Origin: an uncultured Chloroflexia bacterium
GTDB taxonomy: Bacteria; Chloroflexota; Limnocylindria; Limnocylindrales; CSP1-4
Reading direction: 5' to 3'
Assembly: GCA_963727005.1 (NCBI GenBank)
Contig: CAVSEO010000005.1
Span: 961,044-1,025,043, forward strand
DNA length: 64,000 nucleotides
Shown: positions 1 through 8,999 of the stretch, piece after piece
How positions within the stretch are numbered: position 1 is the stretch's first letter
Layout: each line of letters begins with the position of its first letter
Made by a program: the position numbers and the translations under genes
Notes under the pieces: model-generated
Told to the model about the DNA's origin: nothing
Seen by the model: only the letters and a program-made list of their open reading frames with translations
Databases searched by the model: none

Positions 1-1055
1 TCCGACGCAGCTCGGACAGCGTCTCGATGATCGCCGGGACCGTGGATGCGGTTTGAACGGCCGTCCGAACGGCGAATGGGCCCGCTCCACGCCTCATGTC
101 GAAGCCCGCGCCAACGCCGTAGGTATAGCCCTTCTCCTCGCGCAGGTTCATCTGGAGCCGCGAGTTGAAGAGCCCGCCCAGGATGGCCGCCATCACGCCG
201 ACCGCATGGAAGTCCGGGATGCGTCGAGGCAGGCCGACGTGGCCGATCCGAAGCTCCGTCTGGACCGAGCCCGGCCGGTGGTAGAAGCGGACGATCGGCC
301 GCGACACGGCCGACGAAGCGACCGGAGCCGCGGCCGTCCCGACCGATTTCCGGGCTCCTCCAAGCGAGCCCAGCACCTTGGCGGCCAGGTTCGGGACGGA
401 GAGTCCCGTGAGATCGCCGCCCACGATCAGAGCGGCGTCGTCCGGCGCCAGAATCGATCGATGGACCTTTCGCAGCGCTTCCGGTGAGAGCCCGGGCACG
501 GAATTCTCGTCGCCGCCCGACGGTCTGGAGTAGGGCGAATCGGACGCGTAGATCGTCGCGGTGAACGCCCGCTCCGCGCGCCGCCGCGGGTCCGCGCGAG
601 CCTGCAGCAAGTCGTTGAGACGCTCGTCGCGCAGGCGGGCCACATCTTCATCCGGGAACGTCGGCCGCTCCACCAGCTCCTCGAGCAGTTCCAGGGCGGC
701 TTCCAGACGCGGCGCCGCAACCTCCACGCCGGCAACGAACGCGTCCCACGTCGCCTCGACGTGGAGAGTGGCGCCCAGACGCTCACCGGCCTCGATCAGC
801 TCCACGCCGGGGTAGCGCTCCGTCCCTTCGGTCATCGCCCTCGCTGCCAGAACCGTCGCTCCCGCGAGGTCGCCCGGCTCGTCGCCGGAGCCTCGGCGGA
901 TAGACGAGGTTCGCCGAAACGAGCGGCCGGCCCGGGACGTGGACCGCGAGCACCTGGAGTCCGGAGGGCAGGACCGTCCGTTCGAAGGACGGGAAATGGT
1001 AGGTCCGGGGCTGGCCCGGAGACGGTCGCTCGGCCAGTATCCGCTCCAGCGTCAT
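1..1055 (-). CDS. M16-family peptidase, partner subunit of a pair; 3' end lies beyond the window; one apparent +1 frameshift near 895-905
   Basis: The ATG at 1055-1053 overlaps the TGA of the upstream M16 gene (ATGA). My translation reads MTLERILAERPSPGQPRTYHFPSFERTVLPSGLQVLAVHVPGRPLVSANLVY. One base out of frame it continues RRGSGDEPGDLAGATVLAARAMTEGTERYPGVELIEAGERLGATLHVEATWDAF...NLREEKGYTYGVGAGFDMRRGAGPFAV, which is M16-like throughout. Confidence 0.8.
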
Positions 1056-2353
1056 GCCGCCGTCTCCTCGTTCCCGGCGCCGGCGGCGGGCATATACGTC
1101 AGCACTACCCGGTTCTCCGGCCGTAGCACCTCGGCGGCCGCCGCCTGGATCTCGGCCTTGCCGACGGCCAGGTAGCGGCCGAGCTGGCGATTGATCATGT
1201 CCGGATCGTCGAGAAGCGTGGCATACATGGACAGGCGATCGGCCCGTTCGTCGACGCGCTCGAGGGCCTCCAGCTCGTACGTCTCGATGAGAGCGTGCGC
1301 CCGAGCCAGTTCGTCGTCCGTCACCGGCTCGCGTCCGAGCCGATCCAGCTCCTCCTCGAAGACCCGCTCCACCAGCGAGGGGTCGATGCCCGGGCGAACG
1401 GTGGCCTGGCCGGCCGCGACCGACGCACCGCCCACCAGCCCCAGGGAAAAGAAGGAGACGTCCTGGGCGATCTTCTCTTCTCGGACCAGGCGCCGGTAGA
1501 GACGGCTCCCCTTGCCGCCGGCCAGGATCTGGGCGGCGACCTCGAGGGCGTCGAAGCGAGGGTCTCCCAGGCATGGCGCCCGGAAGCCGAAGAAGTGGCG
1601 CGGCAGCGGGACCCGGTCCTGGACCACCTCTCGCGACTCGGCGCCCAGCACCGCCGGCAGACTCATGTCCGCCAGCGGCGGGATGGCCGGATTCGCCGGA
1701 ATGCCGCCGAAGTAGCGCTCCACCCAGGCTCGCGCCTGCGCCGGATCCACGTCGCCGACAACCGACAGGACGGCGTTGTTTGGGGCGTAGTAGGTCCGGA
1801 AGAACGCGGCCACGTCCTCCAGAGAGGCCGCGTCCAGATCCTCCATGGACCCGATCGTGGGGTGGTGGTACGGATGCTCCGGCGGGAAGAGATGCGCCTG
1901 AAGCTTGTGGAACCAGTCGCCGTAGGGCCGGTTGTCGTAGCTCGAACGCTTCTCGTTCTTCACCACGTCGCGCTGGTTGTCCAGGTTCTCCCGGTTGAGG
2001 GCGTCGAGCAGGGTCGCCATCCGGTCGGCTTCGAGCCAGAGAGCCAGCTCCAGCTGGTGGCTCGGCATCGTCTCGAAGTAGTTGGTCCGGTCCAGCCACG
2101 TGCTGCCGTTCATCGTCCCGCCCGCGGCCTGAACGAGAGCCATGTGCTCGGCCTTGGCGACGTGGCGGGAGCCCTGGAACATGACGTGCTCGAAGAGGTG
2201 CGCGAAGCCGGTCTTGCCTGCGACCTCGTGCTTGGAGCCGACGTTGTACCAGATGTTCACGGCCACGATCGGGGCCAGGTGGTCTTCGGAGACGATCAGG
2301 CGCAGGCCGTTGGCCAGGCGCTCGTCGGTGAACCTGACACTCGGGGCGGTCAT
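1052..2353 (-). CDS. M16-family zinc peptidase (pitrilysin-like), catalytic-type subunit
   Basis: Intact 433-aa ORF. The inverted zinc motif HxxEH is present as HLFEH (GFAHLFEHVMFQGS). Translationally coupled to the next M16 gene. Confidence 0.9.
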   Translation of the reverse strand: MTAPSVRFTDERLANGLRLIVSEDHLAPIVAVNIWYNVGSKHEVAGKTGFAHLFEHVMFQGSRHVAKAEHMALVQAAGGTMNGSTWLDRTNYFETMPSHQLELALWLEADRMATLLDALNRENLDNQRDVVKNEKRSSYDNRPYGDWFHKLQAHLFPPEHPYHHPTIGSMEDLDAASLEDVAAFFRTYYAPNNAVLSVVGDVDPAQARAWVERYFGGIPANPAIPPLADMSLPAVLGAESREVVQDRVPLPRHFFGFRAPCLGDPRFDALEVAAQILAGGKGSRLYRRLVREEKIAQDVSFFSLGLVGGASVAAGQATVRPGIDPSLVERVFEEELDRLGREPVTDDELARAHALIETYELEALERVDERADRLSMYATLLDDPDMINRQLGRYLAVGKAEIQAAAAEVLRPENRVVLTYMPAAGAGNEETAA

Positions 2354-2454
2354 GAAGTCCAGTTCCTCACGGCGGTGGCGGCCCGCGCGGCTGAGCGCCT
2401 GCGCGGGGTGGGGGCATTGTACCGGCCGCGGCTCGCCGCTCCCCCAGGAGGCGG

Positions 2455-2922
2455 CTACGGGTTCTGGGACGCGGCTTCGTGGTGGTGCAGGATCTCCTTG
2501 CCATCCTTGTCGAAGATGCGCAGTTCATTGCCTTCGACCGTGAAGGTCGCGGCTCGGGGCAGGGCGGTCATGTAGATGGCATCGGCGTCCGTCGCGATCT
2601 GGTCGCACGAACCATTCGCGACCTGCACGTCGGTGACGCTCAGTTTCTCGGCCGAGATCGTGTACGAGCCGGTGAACGTGCTACAGCCGGAGCTGCCGGA
2701 CACCTTTCCCAATTCGTAGCGGGCGCTCAACGGTACCGTCAGCGGAGCATCTTTGAGGTCTCCGCCGGTCTGCGCAAATGCCCGGACGTGCCATGTCCGG
2801 GCCTCGATCTGACCGCCTTTGGGACCGCCTGAGGAACACCCGGCGATCGCCAGCGCCCCGGCGATAACCAGTGCGACGATCGCCGCAGAGGCAAGAAAGG
2901 AATGCCGACGAGAAGTCTCCAT
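2455..2922 (-). CDS. META-domain (HslJ-like) lipoprotein
   Basis: The ORF-track protein read from the internal ATG at 2922 is METSRRHSFLASAAIVALVIAGALAIAGCSSG. This gives a signal peptide plus lipobox (AGC). The rest resembles META/DUF306 repeats (GCSTFTGSYTISAEKLSV...). The longer upstream extension in the track looks non-coding. Confidence 0.7.
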   Translation of the reverse strand: METSRRHSFLASAAIVALVIAGALAIAGCSSGGPKGGQIEARTWHVRAFAQTGGDLKDAPLTVPLSARYELGKVSGSSGCSTFTGSYTISAEKLSVTDVQVANGSCDQIATDADAIYMTALPRAATFTVEGNELRIFDKDGKEILHHHEAASQNP

Positions 2923-3039
2923 ACCGATCCCTCCAAGCACCGCGAGCGCCGGTCCACAGCCGGGCCGGCAATCGAAGTATGGCTCCTGAGAGGCCCGCCC
3001 GTTCACTGCGCAACGACTTGACCTTCGCCGGGTCCGAGT

Positions 3040-3057
3040 GTTAGCCTTTCGTCTAAC
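3040..3057. promoter_or_regulatory. Inverted repeat GTTAG-N8-CTAAC (candidate operator) upstream of the ArsR-like gene
   Basis: The sequence tGTTAGcctttcgtCTAACa sits in an AT-richer spot just 5' of the ORF. The same half-sites and spacing recur at 4207-4224. Confidence 0.45.
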
Positions 3058-3078
3058 AAGAGTTAGAGGCACAGCGAA

Positions 3079-4168
3079 GTGGCGGCAACCCGGAACCCGA
3101 GTCGAACAAGTCCCCAGCGGCCGGGCGGCCTCGTCCGCCCGGGGATCGCGGCTGCCCACCTGCCCGTCGTGGAACTCGACGCCAGGACTGCCTACGACTT
3201 CCTCACGAGCGCATGCAACGAATGCGGCGAGCTCGAGGACATACTCGCCGAGGACCGGCGCTGGGTGGAGGAGTCACGCGCCGCGCTCAAGGCCGAGGTC
3301 GGCGAGAACGAGTGCGTGGACGCGTGCATGGGGTTCGTCCCGGAGATCGGTCGGATGCTCGTGGGCCGGCCCGAGATTCGGACCGCCCGAGACGTCGCCG
3401 CCGCGATCGGCGCACTCTCGGACCGTGAGCTCACAGAGGTCATGGCCGGCGAGCTGCTCGAGGACACGGATTTCGGCGCCGTCACCCGCCTGGCTGTGGA
3501 CGGCGACGTGGACGCTTTCAAGGAACTACAGAGCCGGCTCGCGTCGGCCAAGGGCAAGCCCGTCCTCACCCGGCCGATAACGGATCTCGCCCCGGCCGCG
3601 CGGCAGGTTGTCGATTTCTGGCTGCCGCGCTACGAGAAGGTCGAAGCCCACGTCGGTCGAATGCTCGAACGCGACGTGGCCGGCCGCCGCAACGACGACA
3701 TCGCCGGCGACCCCATGGGTTTCGTGGAGCGGGCGACGAACGGCATGCGGGTAGTCCCCGAGCAGCGGATCCGGCGCATCGTCCTGGCCCCGACCTACTT
3801 CGGACGCCCGTACAACTCGCTCACCAAGGTCGGCGACGTCCAGCTGATCTGCTATCCAATCGCGGACTCGTCACTCGGATCGGCCGACCGGCTCACTCCC
3901 CCGAACTCGACCGTACGCCTCTACCGCGCCCTGGGCGACGAGAGCCGCCTCCGCATCCTGAAGCTCCTGAGCCGAACGCGATCGCTACCTGACGGAGATC
4001 GCCAACGAGCTCGACCTCAGCAAACCGACGATCATGCACCACCTGGCCGCTCTCCGGAGCGCCGGGCCTGGTGACGATCACCGATCAGGGCAACATGACC
4101 TACTACGCCTTCGCCACGATCGTGCCGAAGAGGCCGGCGTGGAGCTTCGCGCCTACCTGGCGCACTGA
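3079..4168 (+). CDS. ArsR-family transcriptional regulator with a long N-terminal extension; 2-3 apparent frameshifts in the HTH region; true start may be GTG at 3169
   Basis: The C-terminus reads RLYRALGDESRLRILKLLS. After removing one extra C (~3972) it continues ERDRYLTEIANELDLSKPTIMHHLAALRSAG. After a second shift (~4066) it reads LVTITDQGNMTYY, then returns to ...RHDRAEEAGVELRAYLAH stop at 4166-4168. This is a classic ArsR wHTH. From memory, the N-terminal ~250 aa resemble DUF5937-type extensions. Confidence 0.7.
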
Positions 4169-4206
4169 CCCCGAGGATTGCCATGACCGATTGCCGGACT
4201 CCCCGG

Positions 4207-4248
4207 GTTAGATGCACAACTAACACATGTCATTCGGACTGCTAACAC
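4207..4248. promoter_or_regulatory. Second GTTAG-N8-CTAAC inverted repeat plus an extra CTAACAC half-site, upstream of a small ORF and the MFS gene
   Basis: The sequence is GTTAGatgcacaaCTAACac at 4207-4226 and gCTAACAC at 4241-4248, immediately followed by GGAGGA and the ATG at 4264. Confidence 0.4.
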
Positions 4249-4263
4249 TGGAGGACCTAACCA

Positions 4264-4437
4264 ATGTGGCCTGACACTCCGGAACTGCGATCAACGTACA
4301 TAGCCCAGCGGCATGCGGAACTCCGCGCCGAGGCCGCCGCCTATCGCAGTGAGCCGCAGGACAGCGGGCTCAGGCACGTACCGGATTCGTGGACTCCACC
4401 TCCGGATCGGAGCGTTCCTGATCGTCGTCGGGCGTAG
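4264..4437 (+). CDS. Small hypothetical ORF (57 aa)
   Basis: GGAGGA lies 8 nt upstream of the ATG. Translation: MWPDTPELRSTYIAQRHAELRAEAAAYRSEPQDSGLRHVPDSWTPPPDRSVPDRRRA. I recognise no homology. It is below the ORF-track length cut-off. Confidence 0.25.
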   Translation: MWPDTPELRSTYIAQRHAELRAEAAAYRSEPQDSGLRHVPDSWTPPPDRSVPDRRRA

Positions 4438-4501
4438 CCTGTGCGAGGAAGAGCGCAACGTTCTCGATCCGGCCCGCTGAGCACGAGGTCTCCCGGAGAC
4501 A

Positions 4502-5828
4502 GTGGCTGGCGCGATCTCGCGGTACGTCCGCAGCTTCACAGGCTTCAGCCGCGACGCGCGGATCTTCCTGCTGACCACGGTCGTCTTCGGGGCGGCGATC
4601 AGCCTCTACTGGATCGACTTCAACCTCTACCTCGAGTCGATCGGCCTGGGGTGGGCGATCGGCTGGCTGATGGCGGCCTCCTCGCTGGCAGGCTTCCTGA
4701 CGGCCCTGCCCGGCCAGCGCGCTCTCCGACAGGATCGGCAGGCGCAGAGTCATGGCCGCCGGCATGGCCCTCGTGGCGGTCGCGCTCTTCGCGTTCCTTC
4801 CGGGCGACTTGCCGCTGCATGTTCGTGGGAGTGGCCGCGCTCGGTGCCGGGTCAGATGGTGGTCAGCGTCGTGCAGATCCCGTTCATCGCCGAGCACACC
4901 CGGCCGGACCAGCGCAACGAGTACTTCTCGATCTGGTCCGCAATCGGGTTCCTGACGGGCCTGGTGGCCGCGCTCGTTGGGTGGCGCCCTGGCCCCGAGA
5001 TAGCCGCTCGGCCTGAACCTCGGCTCGGCCGCGGCGCCCTACCAGATCCTGCTGGCCGGAGTCGCCGATCCTGGGTGTCCTTTCGCTCGGCACCGTGTGG
5101 CTGCTGACCGCCGACGGCCCGCCCGCCGATCGCCCACCGGCATCCGGCATGGGCCGCTTCGGGATCGTCGTCCTCGACCGGAGGCTCTTCTTCCGTCTGC
5201 TGCTGCCCGGCTTCCTCACCTCGCTCGGCGCGGGCCAGCTGATCCCCTTCCTCAACGTCTTCATCGAGAACAAGTTCGGCCTGGGCCTGACCGCGGTGAA
5301 CGCCATGTTCGCGATCAGCAGCCTCGGGACCGCGCTGGCGATCCTGGCATGCAGCCGGCTCTGGCGCGGCGTTTCGGCCGCATCGGGTCGATCGTGCTGG
5401 TTCAGGGGGCCAGCATCCCGTTCCTGGTCGTGCTCGGATTCTCGCCGGTGCTGTGGACGGTGATCATCGCCCTGGCCGTGCGCAACTCGCTGATGAATGC
5501 GGGCAGCCCGATCTTCGACGCGTTCGCGATGGAGCGAGTCTCGGCGGCCGAGCGAGCGACGCTGGCGGCCGGAATGACGATGCTGTGGGCGCTCGGCTGG
5601 ACGATCGCGCCGCTCTACTACGGCGTGCTGCAGGCGCCGCTCGTCGTTCACGGCCGCCTACGCAGTGGACTTCGTCACGATCATCGTGCTCTACACGATC
5701 GCCACCGGCCTGCTCTGGACGTGGTTCCGCGGGACCGACCGAGTGGCCGCCGCGGCCGCGGACGCGGAGGGGACGCTGGCGGCTGCCACGGTGGCCGCGG
5801 AAAGCCCCTCTCTGGTCGAGAGGGCCTA
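4502..5828 (+). CDS. MFS transporter, interrupted by several (>=6) apparent frameshifts
   Basis: Membrane-protein segments are spread over three frames. They include FLLTTVVFGAAISLYWIDFNLYLESIGLGWAIGWLMAASSLAGFLTALP; MAAGMALVAVALFAFLP; VVSVVQIPFIAEHTRPDQRNEYFSIWSAIGFLTGLVAALVG; FFRLLLPGFLTSLGAGQLIPFLNVFIENKFGLGLTAVNAMFAISSLGTALAIL; and GSIVLVQGASIPFLVVLGFSPVLWTVIIALAVRNSLMNAGSPIFDAFAMERV. A TAG stop lies at 5826-5828. Confidence 0.7.
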
Positions 5829-5882
5829 GAGCTGGGGGCTGGAGGCGGCCGGGGGTGACCCTATGGCGCTCGGTGCGCCCGT

Positions 5883-7037
5883 TCAGTCGGCACGCAGGCG
5901 CCCAGCCCGCACGTAGCCGTCGGTCCGCCCGAGACTGGGCCACGCCCGAAGGCTGGGCCACGCCCGAAGGCTGGGCCACGCCCGAAGGCTGGGGCACGCC
6001 CGACTCCATCGGCACGCCCGACTCCATCGGCACGCCCGACTGCATCGGCACGCCCGGACCGGCATCCGGCGAGCCGATGGGCCCGCTTTCGCCGACTTCG
6101 CTGAGTGGATAGGGCAGCCAGCCGGATCCCAGAACCGTGGCCAGCTCCTGGGCGCTCTGAGCTGTGAAGTTGCCGCTGATCTGGCCCCTACCGCCAGTGA
6201 TCTGTGACTTGATGTAGGGCACGGAGAGGACCTTCCTGTCAAGAACGATCGCGAAGAAGTCGTTGACGTGCTGGCCGGACCACGTCTCGAAGGTAGTGGC
6301 TGCCGCCTCCTTGAAGGCAAAGTTCACGACCCAGGCCTCCGGGGACATCGCTGGTGTCGACCGCGGCGCTGATTGCGCCCAGGTCCAGGTCTCCGCCGGT
6401 GAACTGCGCCGGCAGTGCCGGGTCGATCGTTTCGCCTGGGTTCGGCAGCAACGTCTGACCTGGAGAGCTCAACGGTTCCGTACGTCTCGGGCGGCAGCAG
6501 CACGAACTCGAGGTGACCAGTCTGGCCGATCAGTGCGCGGACCTTCGCCGTGTCGGCGACGCCTTCCAGACCAGACCGTGATCCCATCCGGCGGCGCCTC
6601 GTTGACCGAATACGACGTCGGCCGCAGGGACTCGGCGCGCTTGATCGAGGACCGCCTTCGTCGCATCCAGTTCGGCTGGGGTCACTTCGCGTACCGGCCG
6701 GATGCACCAGCTGATAGGAGAGGCCGAACCCTGGGTGTTGGGCGACGCGGCGATCCCGAGCGACGGAGCCGGCATCGCCGGGTCCATTTCCGTTGAAGGC
6801 CTGACTTCCCACGCCAACCCCAGCGACGACCACCACAAGCGCCGCGACCAGAGCCAGCGGCGCGAAGCCGCCGCAATCCGACCCGGCTGCGCACAACCAC
6901 CCTCGGGCGCGACCTGGGCGAGGCTCGGTGAAGGCCGGCCCCAACGCCGGTGGCTGCGGAATGAGCGGCTCGGCACCGGCCAGCCGGCGGCGCACGCCAT
7001 TCAGAATCTCGTCATCGGAATGCCGGTTCTCGTTCAT
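5883..7037 (-). CDS. Membrane-anchored anti-sigma-like protein with a SecD P1-head-like ectodomain and a C-terminal hexapeptide repeat; many apparent frameshifts; 3' end uncertain
   Basis: The ATG at 7037 overlaps the sigma-factor stop (ATGA). A TM segment FAPLALVAALVVVVAGVGVG is present. Fragments LEGVADTAKVRALIGQTGHLEFVLLP and FAFKEAAATTFETWSGQHVNDFFAIVLDRKVLSVPYIKSQITGGRGQISGNFTAQSAQELATVLGSGWLPYPL resemble the SecD periplasmic head (...AIVLDxxVxSAPxIxxxITGGxxxISGxFT...). Confidence 0.55.
5935..6064. repeat. Imperfect 18-bp tandem repeat, ~7 units, coding
   Basis: There are 3 units of ctgggccacgcccgaagg followed by 3-4 units of ggcacgcccgactccatc. On the minus strand they encode PSGVAQ x3 and SGVPME x3. 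Confidence 0.9.
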
Positions 7038-7601
7038 TGCCAGATCTCCGGGTTGCGGCGCAGGGCTGCGCAGGCTCGCGCGACGAGCGATCGGACGGCC
7101 GAGGTGGAGATCCCCAAGATCTCGCCTATCTGGTCGTCGTCCAGGTCACGCTGGTAGCGCAGGATCAAGACTTCACGCTGACGTTGCGAAAGCTCCCGAG
7201 CGAACCGCTCGAACCAGAGCCAGAACTCCGTCCGGCTGGTTTCGGCTTCTTTGGAAGGCTCGTGGGCGGGGCTCAACGACGCGAGCGGAAGCCACGACAG
7301 GAGTCTCCGTCGCCGGGCTCGATCGATGACCAGCCGGCGGGTGATGAGCAGCAGCCACGGCAGGGCCTGGCCCTCCGGTCCGTGGCCGGCCTGCCAGGCC
7401 GCAAACGCCCGATGAAACGCCTCGGCAGTGACATCCTCGGCGTCGTCGACCCGCCGCAGCATCAGCAAGCGCGTAGCGATACACATCGCGATAGCGCTCC
7501 CGGTAGAGCGTGGCGAAGGTCTCGTCAAGCTCCTCCGTGCGCGCCACCCCTACCTGCTCGAGCACATCATCAATTCCCCTGTCGACGGTCGCTTCCATCA
7601 T
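7034..7601 (-). CDS. ECF-type sigma-70 family RNA polymerase sigma factor; one +1 frameshift near 7465-7530
   Basis: The N-terminal frame reads MMEATVDRGIDDVLEQVGVARTEELDETFATLYRERYRDVYRYALA. It then shifts to ...DAEDVTAEAFHRAFAAWQ...PWLLLITRRLVIDRARRRR...LSQRQREVLILRYQRDLDDDQIGEILGISTSAVRSLVARACAALR (regions 2 and 4). Confidence 0.8.
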
Positions 7602-7669
7602 GAACAGACTGACGAAGCAGCGGGCGGTTCCGTCCCGCGCCAGTCGGCCACCGCGGCGGCCGACCTCGA

Positions 7670-8968
7670 TCAGGCGGTCTGGATTGCCCGCAGTCTCGTC
7701 AGCAGTTCGGCCACCTTCTCGTCCGGTCCCACCCGAGCGATGTCACCCAGGGCCGCGTCCGAGAGAGACACGTGGCCGAGCGCCACCGCTCGCTCCAGCC
7801 CCTGGCGCACCAGCTTTCGGTCGCCCATTCGAGCGGCGCAGCGAGCCACGAGCAGCGCGCTGGCGGCACTGCCGTCGGTGCCGAGCACACCGGCCGCGCC
7901 GATCGAATCCTCGAACAAACCGAGCGCGAAGAGGCCCACCTGCAGCTTGAGCAGCCCATCCGCGGCACGCCCGTCTCCCCGCTTCAGCGCCTTCTCCACC
8001 CCGCCGAGCCGCCTGCCGTCCACGACTCTGGCGACGATGGCGAGGACCGTGAGCGGGTCCTCCTCGGAGGTCAGGCGAGCCGCGAGGCCCGCGTCGTCGC
8101 CACGGGCCACCATCGCGGCCACGTCCGAGAGGAGCGGCGCCGGACGGGTTTCAAGGTCGTCCAGGTCCACGGCACGGGCCCGATCCCCCAGCGTCTCCGC
8201 GTATGCCTCGCCGAAGACTCGGCGCGCCCCGGCCGGTGAGGCGGCCACGGATCGGCCGCCCGGTTGCCCGTCCCGCGGCCGCGAATGAGACGACGCCGGC
8301 GCGGTTCGAGACAAGGCGTGGGCTCGTGCGGACAGGATGCGGCGCAGCTCCAGGTAGGGCGTTGGGTTGAGGAGCGCGAATATCGCAACGATGACCGCCA
8401 GGTAGGCGAAGCCGATCGCAAACGCGATGACGGCGATCACCAGGCTCGACAGCGCCACGAAGATGAGCCCCGGCACCCTTCCTCTCGGCCCCAGCACCAC
8501 CATGAACGCACTCGTGGCGATGTTGCCGCCGTCGAGGGCGGCGATGGGCAGCAGGTTCAGCATGCCCCAGTAGAGGTTGATGAAGACGATCATGTGGACC
8601 GTCCACTCGGCCACCGAGCCGGCCTGCATCAGGGCCTCCACCTGCATGGCGGCCAGCCCAATCGCGACGCCGAGCAACGGCCCGGCGGCGCTGACCACGA
8701 TCGTCTTCCGCGGCGGCAGCTCGAACCCCCAGGTCGTCAGCCCTCCCATGCCCCACAGACGGATCTGAGGCGTGATGCCGTACCGGCGCAATGCGAAGGC
8801 GTGACCCAACTCGTGGATCAGGATCGATCCGGCGAGGATCGCGACCCAGATGACCAGGTACTGGCCGGGCAGGAAAGAGCCAAACAGGAAGGCGATCAGC
8901 AGGAAGTCGAGCCCGACCGCGACCGGAAAGCCGAACAGCTTGAACTGGAGGCTAGGGAGAGAGAACAC
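7670..8968 (-). CDS. M50 (site-2 protease family) membrane metalloprotease with a C-terminal soluble helical domain
   Basis: Intact 432-aa ORF. It has an HELGH zinc motif in a polytopic N-terminal half and NLLPIAALDGG as the second M50 motif. Confidence 0.85.
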   Translation of the reverse strand: MFSLPSLQFKLFGFPVAVGLDFLLIAFLFGSFLPGQYLVIWVAILAGSILIHELGHAFALRRYGITPQIRLWGMGGLTTWGFELPPRKTIVVSAAGPLLGVAIGLAAMQVEALMQAGSVAEWTVHMIVFINLYWGMLNLLPIAALDGGNIATSAFMVVLGPRGRVPGLIFVALSSLVIAVIAFAIGFAYLAVIVAIFALLNPTPYLELRRILSARAHALSRTAPASSHSRPRDGQPGGRSVAASPAGARRVFGEAYAETLGDRARAVDLDDLETRPAPLLSDVAAMVARGDDAGLAARLTSEEDPLTVLAIVARVVDGRRLGGVEKALKRGDGRAADGLLKLQVGLFALGLFEDSIGAAGVLGTDGSAASALLVARCAARMGDRKLVRQGLERAVALGHVSLSDAALGDIARVGPDEKVAELLTRLRAIQTA

Positions 8969-8999
8969 GACGGCACCTGGAGGGCGGGGGCTTGACCGC

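Noticed and set aside
783-2575. Long ORFs 783..2099 (-, 438 aa) and 1295..2575 (+, 426 aa) overlapping the M16 peptidase gene
   Set aside because: They are Arg/Gly/Pro-rich, low-complexity translations in the wrong frame or antisense to a clearly conserved M16 gene. These are the typical shadow ORFs of GC-rich DNA. Only the first ~50 codons of 783..2099's downstream end are real, as the start of the second M16 gene.
5935-6064. Possible CRISPR-like or regulatory repeat array
   Set aside because: The units are contiguous (18-bp period, no spacers) and in frame with a coding sequence, so this is a coding hexapeptide repeat.
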